From Longimicrobiales bacterium (GTDB lineage Bacteria > Gemmatimonadota > Gemmatimonadetes > Longimicrobiales > Gaopeijiaceae), in NCBI GenBank assembly GCA_965248195.1, contig CBDFIQ010000002.1:2464001-2528000 (forward strand): a stretch of 64,000 nucleotides of DNA, read 5' to 3'. How positions within the stretch are numbered: the first letter of the stretch is position 1; each line of letters begins with the position of its first letter. Shown piece by piece: positions 50,849 through 60,502 of this stretch. Below the pieces are notes generated by a model that was given only the letters and a program-made list of their open reading frames with translations, made no database searches and had not been told where the DNA came from. The translations under genes and the position numbers were made by a program.

Positions 50849-51916
50849 ATGGCAAGGAAGAGAAGGCTCTTCGTCGGACAGTGGGCATGCGTCATGCTGG
50901 CGGCCGTGGTCTTGGGTCCGGCGTTGCATGCACAAGTGACCGTGCCGCAATACGAGGTCGACCCGTCCTGGCCGAAACCCCTTCCAGATCATTGGCTTCT
51001 TGGAGGGTTGGCGGACGTGTGTGTAGACGCGCAGGACCACGTGTTCATCCTCAATCGCCAAGATGTGCTCGAAGTGAATTTGAACGCCGGGTCCCTAGCT
51101 CCGTCTATCATCGAGTTTGACCCGGCTGGCAACGTGGTCAACTCCTGGGGCGACCCGGAGCTACTGGACCCGCGCTTGCACGGCTGTCACGTCGACAAAG
51201 ACAACAACGTGTGGATTGTCAGTGCACCGTCCGGTATGGTGCAAAAATACTCTCATGACGGCGATCTCCTTTTTCAGATCGGAACGAAGGGTGTGTTCGA
51301 TACCTCGGACGGCACGGTCCGGGGGAGACCTCTGAACTCGGATGCGGCGCGGTTTTTCACGCCCGCGACCATCTATGTGGATCCAGAAAACGGAGATGTC
51401 TACGTCGCCGACGGAGAAGCACGAGGAAGGAACAAACGCATCGCAGTGATGGATCGCGAGGGCCGGTTCCTCCGCCAGTGGCGGCCTGAGGGCATGGAAA
51501 ACATCCACTGCATGACAGGAGCCAGGGATGGCTTGGTCTACGTGTGCAACCGCTATAACTCCAGGTTACAAGTGTATGATCAACGTGGGAGGTTCATCAG
51601 GAACATCGAAGTACCGTGGCGACCATACACGACACCGGCAGATGGTGTCGAGAGGGAGACGGAGGGTTCGGCTGTGTCGCTGGCCCTTTCTCGGGATCCG
51701 AACGAAACGCGAATGTATGTCGTCAATCAAGACAACGCCCGAATTGAGATTATCGATAGGCAGACCGGAAGGATTCTGTCGAATTTTGGCGGCGGTATGG
51801 GGCATTTTCCGGGTCAATTTGATCAGCCTCACGGCATCGCCGTGGACTCAGAGGGAAGAGTGTATGTCACCGAAAACCGGGGCAGGAGAATTCAGAGGTT
51901 CACTATTGTTCGATGA
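50849..51916 (+). CDS. NHL-repeat beta-propeller (PAL-like) secreted protein
   Basis: YEVDPSWPKPLP, YVADG, GQFDQPHGIAVDSEGRVYV. Confidence 0.85.
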   Translation: MARKRRLFVGQWACVMLAAVVLGPALHAQVTVPQYEVDPSWPKPLPDHWLLGGLADVCVDAQDHVFILNRQDVLEVNLNAGSLAPSIIEFDPAGNVVNSWGDPELLDPRLHGCHVDKDNNVWIVSAPSGMVQKYSHDGDLLFQIGTKGVFDTSDGTVRGRPLNSDAARFFTPATIYVDPENGDVYVADGEARGRNKRIAVMDREGRFLRQWRPEGMENIHCMTGARDGLVYVCNRYNSRLQVYDQRGRFIRNIEVPWRPYTTPADGVERETEGSAVSLALSRDPNETRMYVVNQDNARIEIIDRQTGRILSNFGGGMGHFPGQFDQPHGIAVDSEGRVYVTENRGRRIQRFTIVR

Positions 51917-51947
51917 CTGTGAAGTGCCCTCCTGAGTGGACGCTACA

Positions 51948-52990
51948 TCAGCCTGCGGTGCGGGACGCGGGTAGGCAAATGTTCTGGTTCATGTGAAAGA
52001 GGTTCGTAGGATCGTACTTCGACTTCAGTGCCTGGAGGCGCTGGTAGTTGGGACCGTACGCGGCAGCGACCGCACCCTCGACCTCGTCGTCATCCAGGTA
52101 GTTGACGTAACCGCCGGTGGCAGTGAACGGCTCCATGCGCGTGTGGGCCTCCCGCGCCCAAGCGATCATCCGATCACTGTCGGCCGGATCCTCCCATTCG
52201 GCCAGGATCAGGAAGCTCAGCGCGTCGTCGCGGTGCGGAAACGCCGTTGCGTCGACCGACCGCCGAGTCACGGCTCCATGGACATGTTCGAGAATTACAC
52301 CGCCCCCATGCATGCCCCCCGGGTAGTCAGCGAAGCACTCGACCATCGTATCGATGGCTTCGTCGCTGAACTCCGCGAGGAACCTCGACTTCCAATAATT
52401 CAGTGCACCCCGAGGGTAGCCCATATCGAGCATCCCGTTGATCTGGTGATAAGGCATCGGGCCCATGACATCCATGACTGGGGACCGAAGTCTTTTAGCG
52501 CCCGCAACGCCACTTCACCGTCGCCTGCCGGCCCACAATGACACGCAGCCAAAGCCGCTACCTTGGTGCCCGATCCGTCCGGCGAAGGAGTCATAGCCAC
52601 GTAAACCGTTAACTCGTCTGGCACCGCTCGGATGAGGTCACGGTAAAATCTCAGGAGGTCGTGAGCGTCGTCGAGAGTGTGGACGAGGAGTCCACCCGTC
52701 ATCACAGCCTCTACCGGATGCAACCGATACTCGAGCGATGTAGCGACGCCAAAGTTTCCGCCGCCGCCGCGTAGCCCCCAAAAGAGATCGGAATGCTCTT
52801 CTTCGCTCGCCCTGAGGACGCGACCATCGGCAGCGACGAGGTCCACGGACAGCAGGTTATCGCTCACCAAACCATGCTTGCCCATCAGCCATCCGATGCC
52901 GCCGCCGAGCGTCAGGCCAGCGATACCTGTAGATGTAATGATTCCGCCTGTGGTGGCGAGGCCATAGAGCAGTGTCTCGCGATCGAACAC
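51948..52990 (-). pseudogene. FAD-binding BBE-like oxidoreductase, 5'-truncated and frameshifted
   Basis: TGIAGLTLGGG, DLFWGLRGGGGNFG, YVNY, KYDPTNLF in two frames; shift at G-run 52480-52483; N-terminal FAD-binding part missing. Confidence 0.85.
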
Positions 52991-53141
52991 GTTGTGGGAA
53001 GAGAAGGTGGTGGATCCCTCGGTTGCGGATGTGGACACGGAGGCCATTCGTACCCTCAACACGAAGTTGGTCGGTGACGAACGCGTGACGCTGAGCTTGT
53101 TGCCCGTAGGTGATGGGCTGACGCTGGCCCGAAAGCGATAA
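52986..53141 (+). pseudogene. C-terminal remnant of a caffeoyl-CoA-type O-methyltransferase
   Basis: Manual translation [51 protein letters not shown]. Confidence 0.8.
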
Positions 53142-53168
53142 GGTTTCGGTGTTCCCTTCTTACCAGGC

Positions 53169-54179
53169 TCACGCGAACGCCACCAGCTCTGTCGGCTCGG
53201 ACTTCCCTCTCAGGGTCACGGACCCCATCGCCTCGCCCGTCCACTCATCAGGAAGATCCAAGCGGTGGAAGAGGTCGGCCGACGAAACGAGACGCCGTCC
53301 CAGCCGGGTACACTCTCCTTGAATCCGGGCGCCGGTGTTGAGCACGTCGCCGTTGAAGATCAGCCCCTTCTTCAGATCTCCGATCTCCGCGGTCATTACC
53401 TCGCCCAAATGGACTCCGGCTTTGTATTCCGGCACGACGCCGAATCGGTCTAGATACCCCTGCTTTCTCTTCTCCATGATCGTGTCGATGTCGAAGAACA
53501 CTCGGATGCAGTTCGCATCCTTGAGCCCCCGCTCCTCCTTCCACGTGAGGACGACCTCGTCTCCGACGTACTCGTAGATCTCACCCGCACTGTCGAGTAC
53601 TGGCCCGGAGATGTCTCGGAAGAACTCGTTGATCAGGCCGAGGTAGGCCTCGTGCCCCAACTCCTCCGCGAGCGACGTCGAGGACTTGAGGTCTAAGAAC
53701 ATGAAGATGCGAGATTCGCGGTGAGGCCTGTGATATCGGCCCAGCAAGTAGCTCAGTAACACCCCCGGACCGAGGATCCGATCGAGCTGTCGAAAGAAGA
53801 TGATGATCACGTAGAGAAGGAAACCGATGGCGAGTTTGCGGGGGAGGGTGGGTTCTAAAAGAGACGCCCAAAATTCATCGATCGTCAGGCCTTGAAGGAA
53901 ACCGAAGACGAGGCCGACCGCCGAGAACACGGCAATCACGGATCCGATGTACGTGATTGCCTTCGCCAGTAGTGCCACCGAGAACGGCAGACGCCGCATC
54001 CGCTCGTCGAAGGTGGACTCCTCGAGCAGGGCCAGCGGCATCGCGAGGGCGATCCCAACGACGAGACCGATGATCGAAATCCTCCCGTCGCTCATGAACT
54101 CATAGCCAAGGGCGACGGGAACGCAGACCATCATGATCATGATGGCGGTTCTGAACCGGCGTGCTGTTTTCGCAGTCAT
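53169..54179 (-). CDS. Membrane adenylate/guanylate cyclase (class III)
   Basis: Four TMs; FMFLDLKSST, YVGDE, GDVLNTGARI, LRGK. Confidence 0.92.
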   Translation of the reverse strand: MTAKTARRFRTAIMIMMVCVPVALGYEFMSDGRISIIGLVVGIALAMPLALLEESTFDERMRRLPFSVALLAKAITYIGSVIAVFSAVGLVFGFLQGLTIDEFWASLLEPTLPRKLAIGFLLYVIIIFFRQLDRILGPGVLLSYLLGRYHRPHRESRIFMFLDLKSSTSLAEELGHEAYLGLINEFFRDISGPVLDSAGEIYEYVGDEVVLTWKEERGLKDANCIRVFFDIDTIMEKRKQGYLDRFGVVPEYKAGVHLGEVMTAEIGDLKKGLIFNGDVLNTGARIQGECTRLGRRLVSSADLFHRLDLPDEWTGEAMGSVTLRGKSEPTELVAFA

Positions 54180-54345
54180 GATACCCCATGCGCGGTGGTT
54201 GAGGGTGGCGTCGAGGCGCTGATTAGGTGGCGGCTAGGTGGCTTGCGAATAAACAACGTTGAGTGGCCTCTGGTCTCAGTTCCTAACCCACCGAGTAATT
54301 AGCTGGGCAAAGTAGATATCGCCAGCGCCGACGTCTCTCCATTGC

Positions 54346-54663
54346 CTGCGCGAGCGACCGGGTGTAGGCGAAGCGTACCTATTCCCAAGCCCCAAGGCTC
54401 CGAGCAAACCGATCTCACGGCATCTCGCAGCCAAATGGCTCAGAAGGGCCGAGAAGCTTGCGGGGGTCGAGCCACTCCAGGGCTCACTCTGGCACGCCTA
54501 CCGCAGGAAGTGGGCGACTGAGAGGAAGCACCTGCCGGATGTGGACGTTGCGAATGCCGGTGGCTGGAAGACAATCGACACACTGAAGCTCGCGTATCAG
54601 CACGCGGACGCCGAGATCATGTTCAGGGTTGTCAGCGAACCAAGAAGGATCAGAGAGGCATAG
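54346..54663 (+). pseudogene. Tyrosine integrase C-terminal remnant (left)
   Basis: Manual translation LRERPGVGEAYLFPSP...WHAYRRKWATERKHLPDVDVANAGGW...AYQHAD...REA*; no start codon or N-terminus. Confidence 0.85.
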
Positions 54664-54667
54664 CGGA

Positions 54668-54704
54668 ACTTACCCACTTACTTACTTACCCACTACTTAC
54701 CCAC
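54668..54704. repeat. Three ACTTACCCAC direct repeats (integrase arm-site-like)
   Basis: Copies at 54668, 54684 and 54695, immediately after the integrase stop. Confidence 0.75.
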
Positions 54705-54735
54705 ACCTCTTAGCCCTCCCTGGGCCAGGTAAGCG

Positions 54736-54759
54736 AAAACCCCTGCAATTGCAGAGGTT
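54736..54759 (-). terminator. Palindrome/terminator-like hairpin downstream of the tRNA
   Basis: AACCTCTGCAATTGCAGGGGTTTT on the minus strand. Confidence 0.55.
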
Positions 54760-54766
54760 ACGCGAA

Positions 54767-54839
54767 TGGAGCCAGCCGGGATCGAACCGGCGACCTCTGG
54801 CTTGCAAAGCCAGCGCTCTCCCAACTGAGCTATGGCCCC
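54767..54839 (-). tRNA. tRNA-Ala (TGC), CCA not encoded
   Basis: GGGGCCATAGCTCAGTTGGGAGAGCGCTGGCTTTGCAAGCCAGAGGTCGCCGGTTCGATCCCGGCTGGCTCCA; cloverleaf with G3:U70. Confidence 0.97.
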
Positions 54840-54904
54840 TCTGTGCTGCTTCCGTCCCATAGGTAAGCGGATTATCCGTTTCCTGCTAAACCCCGCCGAT
54901 AAGC

Positions 54905-54928
54905 TGGTGTGCACGTTGGTGTGCGCGT
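54905..54928. repeat. Tandem 12-bp repeat TGGTGTGC(A/G)CGT (arm-site-like)
   Basis: Immediately downstream of the right integrase remnant stop. Confidence 0.65.
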
Positions 54929-54936
54929 TCGGGGAT

Positions 54937-55250
54937 TCACTGAGCCTCCCGGAGTTCGCCCGCCCCAAGAACGACACGTAAGGTAGTCTCGCTGTCGGCC
55001 TGTTGGTAGGACGTTTTGAGGCTCACCGTCGACTTCCATCCGCCGGCTGCAGCCACATCGACGTCCGGTAGGTGCTTCCGTTCGGTTGCGAACTTTCGAC
55101 GGTAGCTATGCCACAGAGTACCGCTCAATGGCTCCAACCCGGCGAGCTTCTCTCCCTTCCGTAGCCACTTGTCTGCCAAATGCCGTGTGATGGGCTTCGT
55201 CGGGTGCCCCGGTGAGGGGAGCAGGAGACGGGCCATACCACGGGTCGCAC
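54937..55250 (-). pseudogene. Tyrosine integrase C-terminal remnant (right)
   Basis: LPSP..PITRHLADKWLR...WHSYRRKFATERKHLPDVDVAAAGGW...SYQQAD; homologous to the left remnant. Confidence 0.85.
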
Positions 55251-55348
55251 GCTTGGCTCGCGGTCGGCACATTGGTTGCGTAGCAGAAAGGCAGAGCGGT
55301 TAGGGCGCAACAATTCGAGCCTCGTAAGCGATGAACGGTATTCTACTC

Positions 55349-56724
55349 GGTAGTGTCCCTAGATTTGTGTAAAAGCGGATAAGCTGGACAGGAGGGAAAG
55401 AAAAACGGAAGCTCCTCTGTTGTTGTTCACTGTCACATGAACCCGGGAGTCCGGGTCTGCAGAGCAGGCTCGGAACCGGAGAGGAGCTTCCGATGCAAGA
55501 GATTGTGGAGATCGGTCGGGCCACGCAAGACGAGCTACGCGATGATTTGCGCGAGCTGTTTCAAGGCGCGATCCGGCTGACGCTCGAGATGGTGCTGGAA
55601 GAGGAGCTGAAGGCCATGGTAGGTGCACGCCGCTTCGAGCGGGTGGGAAGCCGGAAGGACCATAGGAACGGCACATACCTGAGGCGGCTGCTGACGAGCC
55701 TGGGGCAGATCGAGGTCGCCATGCCCCGGAGCCGGGACAACGGTTCGCCGGCCGACGTGATCGGCCGCTACCAGCGCAGGAGCCCCGAGCTCGACGAGAT
55801 GATGGTCGAGGCGTATGTGAGCGGCGTGTCACAGCGCAAGATGGGCGACGTCACCGAGGCGCTGATGGGCGAGCGTGTTGGGCGCTCGACGGTGAGTCGT
55901 GTGGCAAAACGGCTCGACGAGGCCGTGGAAGGGCTGCGCCGTGCGCCGATCGAGGGGCCTCACCCCTATCTGTACCTGGACGCCACGTTCTTGGACGCCC
56001 GCTGGGCCCGCAAAGTCGAGAACGTGAGTGCGCTCGTGGCGTATGCAGTGGGCCCTGAGGGTCACCGACGGCTCCTGGCCGTCACGCTGGGCGCTGAGGA
56101 GTCGCAGCAGAGCTGGTCGGAGCTCCTCGAGCAACTCCAGGACCGCGGCCTCGGCGGTGTCGAGCTCGTGATCGCCGATGAGCACGCAGGCCTGGCAGCT
56201 GCGGTCCGCCGCTTCCTGCCCGAGGCACGCCGTCAGAGGTGTACGGTCCATCTGCAGCGTAATGTGGGGGCGAGGGTCCCCCACCGCCTACGCAAGCGCG
56301 TGGCGCGTGAGGTCTCGGTGATCTTCCAGACATCCGGACTCGCCGAGGCGAAGAAGCTCCTGGGCGAGTTCGGCGCACGCTGGAAGAAGGAGCTGCCCGA
56401 GGCCGTGGAGGTCCTGGAGCGGGGCTTCGGGGCAGCGACGCAGTTCTACGCGTTCCCCGAGGCGCACTGGCCCCGGCTGCGTACCACCAACAGCCTCGAG
56501 CGGCTGCACGGCGAGATCAAACGCAGGATCAAGGCCGCCGGCGCCTTCCCGGACCGGGCCAGCGCCCTCAGGCTCATCACGGCCGTCGCACTCAGGACCA
56601 CACACGTCTGGGGCGACCGGCGTTACCTCGACCTCTCACTCCTCCAGAAACAGGAGGTCGCCCAAGCAGCCTAGCCGAAGGCGAGGAGCTTCCTCCGCTT
56701 TTACACACAAATCGGGACTTGACC
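55349..56724 (+). mobile_element. IS256-family insertion sequence
   Basis: Imperfect ~30-bp terminal inverted repeats (GGT...GTCCC...TGTGTAAAAGCGG); 9-bp target duplication ATTCTACTC at 55340-55348 and 56725-56733. Confidence 0.95.
55493..56674 (+). CDS. IS256 family (Mutator-like) DDE transposase
   Basis: RNGTY, GVSQR, YLYLDA, IADEHAGL, QRCTVH, TTNSLERLHGEIKRR. Confidence 0.96.
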   Translation: MQEIVEIGRATQDELRDDLRELFQGAIRLTLEMVLEEELKAMVGARRFERVGSRKDHRNGTYLRRLLTSLGQIEVAMPRSRDNGSPADVIGRYQRRSPELDEMMVEAYVSGVSQRKMGDVTEALMGERVGRSTVSRVAKRLDEAVEGLRRAPIEGPHPYLYLDATFLDARWARKVENVSALVAYAVGPEGHRRLLAVTLGAEESQQSWSELLEQLQDRGLGGVELVIADEHAGLAAAVRRFLPEARRQRCTVHLQRNVGARVPHRLRKRVAREVSVIFQTSGLAEAKKLLGEFGARWKKELPEAVEVLERGFGAATQFYAFPEAHWPRLRTTNSLERLHGEIKRRIKAAGAFPDRASALRLITAVALRTTHVWGDRRYLDLSLLQKQEVAQAA

Positions 56725-57485
56725 ATTCTACTCTGGGTGGGCGCGACCCTTCTCATCGCCCTAGCCCTGGCCGTCAAGCTCACTCTCGTGGGTGGCCTGG
56801 CCGCCGGTGTGTCTCGCCGGATGGACTCCGACGATGCAGCCGTGTCCGGGAGGTGGAGGCTACGAGCCAGCGGGACCGGAAAAGTCGCGACGAGCGGCAC
56901 GGCCAGTAGTAGTCCGGAGGCAACCACCCAAGTCGCCAGAGCGCTGCGCAGGTTTGTGGAACGTGACGTATCGTGCCTCAAGATCGAGCGAAGGCTCGGT
57001 GCGGTTCGCATTGTCTCAGGCGACGCGACGGTGATGAATTACGCGACCAGCGGATCCCGGATCGAGCGGAGGCTCAGCGACGGGATCACGGTCCAAGCCA
57101 CTGCGGATTGGCGTGGTGATGAACTGCACCTCGAACTAAGCACGTCCGGTGATGCGAGGGTCGAGGAGAAGTACACGCCCTCCGAAGACCGTGCTCGCCT
57201 CGAAGTTGAAGTTCAGCTCATCGTCCCCGATGTGGACCTCAACATGCAGCTCACCCATACCTACGATCGCACCGAGAACGCGGGGCCCATCTAGCCAGCG
57301 ACGACCCGCCGCCCGGGAGCCTCATCCATCATCCGTGCAACGCAGTCCAGGATCTCGATGCGTGGGTTGTGCAGGATCCCGATGCGTGGTGGAGTAGCTG
57401 CGGGCGTCCAGCTTGCATCTGACGCTGCTCAAGCCCATCGTAGCCGGACAAAACTAGTCCTCTAGGAAGTCAAACTCTTTGACAC

Positions 57486-58067
57486 ATGAAGGTTGAACCA
57501 ACACCGAGCGCCGGATATTCGAACCGACCCTACGCTTACGCGTTGGTCGGGGTCGCTCTTCTGATAGGCGTCGCCTGGCTGAGCCAGGGGCGCATTCAGC
57601 CGGAAAGCGCCGGAACCGTCGCTCCGGACTTCGAGGTCAACGATCTTGCAGGCGGTCTCGCTCGCCTCAGCGACCATAGAGGTGAGGTGCTGTTGGTCAA
57701 CATCTGGGCGACGTGGTGCCCCCCCTGCGTAATTGAAATGCCCTCCATGGAACGTCTCTATCAGGAAATGGGTGGGGATGGATTCGAGATCATGGCCGTC
57801 AGCATCGAAGCCGAGCTAGGCCTATTGGATTCCGACGGTGTCCCTGGGGGCGACGTTCAGGCGTTCGCCGACTCGCTCGGGCTGACGTTTCCGATGCTCC
57901 ACGATCCCTCGGAGGGGATCAAGCAATTGTACCGCACCAGGGGCGTGCGGGAGGCGTTTCTAATCGGTCGGGATGGAATCATTTACAAGAAGGTGGTGGG
58001 CGGTACCGAGTGGGACGCACCTGAGCACAGGGAGCCAATCCAGCGTTTGCTTGCTGCACCGCGGTGA
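57486..58067 (+). CDS. TlpA/ResA family thiol-disulfide oxidoreductase
   Basis: N-terminal TM, APDF, NIWATWCPPC. Confidence 0.92.
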   Translation: MKVEPTPSAGYSNRPYAYALVGVALLIGVAWLSQGRIQPESAGTVAPDFEVNDLAGGLARLSDHRGEVLLVNIWATWCPPCVIEMPSMERLYQEMGGDGFEIMAVSIEAELGLLDSDGVPGGDVQAFADSLGLTFPMLHDPSEGIKQLYRTRGVREAFLIGRDGIIYKKVVGGTEWDAPEHREPIQRLLAAPR

Positions 58068-58206
58068 TTCGGCCAGCCCTCTTCAGCCACCCGAGTAACG
58101 TCTTCTGCGATTCTGCTGCGTGGTACTGATTCACTCACTCGAGTTGGATCCGTGAGAAAAAATGCCACTCTACTTTCAAAGTGGCGCGTGCCCGAAGGCA
58201 ACCACG

Positions 58207-59238
58207 ATGATCGACCTTCGAAGTGATACGGTCACTCAACCTACCGACGCCATGTGTCGAGCCATGGCCGAGGCCGAAGTGGGTGACGACTACTACCGGC
58301 AAGACCGCACGGTCATCGCCTTGGAGGAAAAGGCGGCGGAGCTGTTTGCAAAAGAAGCGGCCATGTTTGTGTTCAGCGCAACGATGGGCAACCTCGTTTC
58401 GGTTCTTTCCCATACGCGGCGGGGAGAATCCCTCATTCTCGAGGAACGGTCCCACATTTATAACAACGAAGCCGGGGGCCTGGCCGCACTTGGTGGACTA
58501 ACCCCCAAGACCATCAAGGGGGAGCGGGGTCGAATGAGCCCCGAGCAGATCGAGGCGGCCGTGTTCCCGCCTGCCGTTCTTCATCCCCAGACAAGCCTCC
58601 TCTGCTTGGAGAACACGCACAACGCCGCTGGCGGCGTTTGTTTGTCGGTTGAACAGACCAAATCCCTCGCCGACGCTGCTCGCTCCCATGGGCTGAGAAT
58701 TCACATGGACGGAGCCAGAATCTTCAACTCGGCCGTCGGCCAGAGTGTGTCCCCGGCGGACCTCACCCGTGAGGTGGACAGTGTCACCGTATGTCTGACC
58801 AAGGGACTGGGGTGCCCGGTAGGGGCGCTGGTCCTTGGAGGAGCCAACTTCGTGGCTGATGCCCGCCGGTGGCGGCAAGCGGTAGGTGGGGGCATGCGGC
58901 AAGCAGGTGTCGTTGCTGCCGCCGGGATCGTGGCTCTGGACACCATGGTGGATCGATTGGCCGAGGACCATGCCAACGCACGGCGTCTGGCCGCTCACCT
59001 GGCTGATGCCGGACTGATGGTAGACCCCCCGCCTGATGAAATCGAGACCAACATCGTGTTCGCCGAAATTCCCATTCGCCTCATGGATGCCAAGGAGTTC
59101 GTGAAAGGGCTGGCGGCGGAAGGTGTCCGGGTGAACCCGCCGGGCGCCCGCCGCATCCGACTCCTCACCCACCACAATGTCAGTGCCGACGATATCGAGG
59201 CGACCGGCGCCATTGTGCGAAAGTTGTTGCGTTCCTAG
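58207..59238 (+). CDS. ltaE: Low-specificity L-threonine aldolase family
   Basis: IDLRSDTVT, LENTHN, HMDGARIFN, CLTKGLG, GGGMRQAG. Confidence 0.92.
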   Translation: MIDLRSDTVTQPTDAMCRAMAEAEVGDDYYRQDRTVIALEEKAAELFAKEAAMFVFSATMGNLVSVLSHTRRGESLILEERSHIYNNEAGGLAALGGLTPKTIKGERGRMSPEQIEAAVFPPAVLHPQTSLLCLENTHNAAGGVCLSVEQTKSLADAARSHGLRIHMDGARIFNSAVGQSVSPADLTREVDSVTVCLTKGLGCPVGALVLGGANFVADARRWRQAVGGGMRQAGVVAAAGIVALDTMVDRLAEDHANARRLAAHLADAGLMVDPPPDEIETNIVFAEIPIRLMDAKEFVKGLAAEGVRVNPPGARRIRLLTHHNVSADDIEATGAIVRKLLRS

Positions 59239-59404
59239 CGCTCGCCGCCTTCGGCGGGGTCGGACATCTAGCGGCCCTCAGCATGGGATCTTACCCTCAG
59301 CCGGTAACATCCTGTAGGCGGCTAGTACTGCCTGGACTCCGGCCACCAGGAGGACTGGCTGGGGTAACCGGGCGGAACAGATCGGCCAACGGAAGGAGCG
59401 GATC

Positions 59405-60461
59405 ATGAATCGCAGAAAATTCTTTAAAGGAGCAGCAGGCGCCGTGGCAGGAATGTTTGTCCTGGACGGCGGTAAACGAAATGCAAAGGCAGCCGTGATG
59501 CAGGCCGGTCGGATCATCGACTTTCACGCGCACTGCCAGATCGCAGGTATCAGGGAGATGATGGGAGGAACGACGCAGGCCGATAGTCCACTCACCATCG
59601 GCCCAGACCGTCTGCGCGCCATGGATGAAATGGGCATCGATCTCGAGGTTCTCAGCATCAATCCTTTCTGGTACGAGGTCGACGAGGGCCTGGCCGGCAG
59701 GTTGATCAGGGCGCAGAACGAGGGAATTGCAGACATCTGCGCGGCCTACGATGATCGATTCGTGGGCCTCGCGACCGTGGCGCTGCAGCACCCGGATCTC
59801 GCAGCGGAGCAGTTGGAGGAAGGCGTCAGGAACCTGGGGCTGCGTGGCGGCTCTATCGGGTCGAGCGTCGGGGGCGAGGCGCTGGCCTCCACAAGGTTCG
59901 ACCCATTCTGGGCCAAGGCCGAGGAGTTGGACGTGCCCATCTTCCTCCATCCGGTGGGTATTTCCGGAGCTGCAAGGCTGGCTGGAAGGGAATGGCATGT
60001 TGAGCAACGTGATTGGAAATCCGTTGGCGACGACGATTGCGCTCTCGCACCTGATTTTCGAGGGAACCTTGGATCGGTTTCCGGGACTGAAGATCTGTTC
60101 GGCGCACGGTGGGGGCTACCTTCCGGCGTATTCCGGCCGGTCGGACTACGGGTGTGGCACCCGTCCCCAGCAGTGCACGAGGACGATCGAAAAGCTTCCC
60201 TCGGAGTACTTGAAGCAGCTCACCTTCGATTCTGTGGTGTTCACGGGCGAGGCCTTACGGCACCTCGTCGCCGTGGCGGGCTCGAGCCAAATCGTGATTG
60301 GGACCGACTACCCGTATTCCTGGACGTTTGCCCCGAGCGACACCATGCTGCCCCGCTTTCTCCCGGTGGACCACGTCCTCGGAACACCGGATCTGAGCGA
60401 TGCGGACCGCGTAGCCATCCTCGGTGGCAACGCCGCCAGGCTACTCAAGATTCCTGCGTAG
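59405..60461 (+). pseudogene. Tat-exported amidohydrolase-2 (ACMSD-like), frameshifted
   Basis: NRRKFFK, IDFHAH, FLHP in one frame; GNP, AHGGG, GTDYPY in the next; an extra T in run 59961-59963 explains the shift. Confidence 0.8.
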
Positions 60462-60502
60462 GGTTGCCGATCGTTTGGTGCGCTTAGGCCAGAGCTCCCG
60501 TT

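Larger units (their letters stand above)
48928..54788. mobile_element. Decayed integrative island at the tRNA-Ala 3' end
   Basis: Bounded by 24-bp direct repeats; integrase remnant and arm-like repeats at the tRNA end; pseudogenes inside. Confidence 0.75.
55331..57294 (+). pseudogene. Hypothetical exported beta-rich protein interrupted by IS256 after codon 6
   Basis: Removing the IS restores ATG AAC GGT ATT CTA CTC TGG... (MNGILLWVGATLL...) in frame with 56725-57294. Confidence 0.75.

Noticed and set aside
54668..54704. CRISPR array
   Set aside because: Repeats are 10 bp with no spacers and no cas genes; no CRISPR seen anywhere in the window
57348..57389. 18-bp imperfect direct repeat caggatcYcgatgcgtgg x2
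   Set aside because: Only two copies with 24-bp period; probably a local duplication with no supportable function
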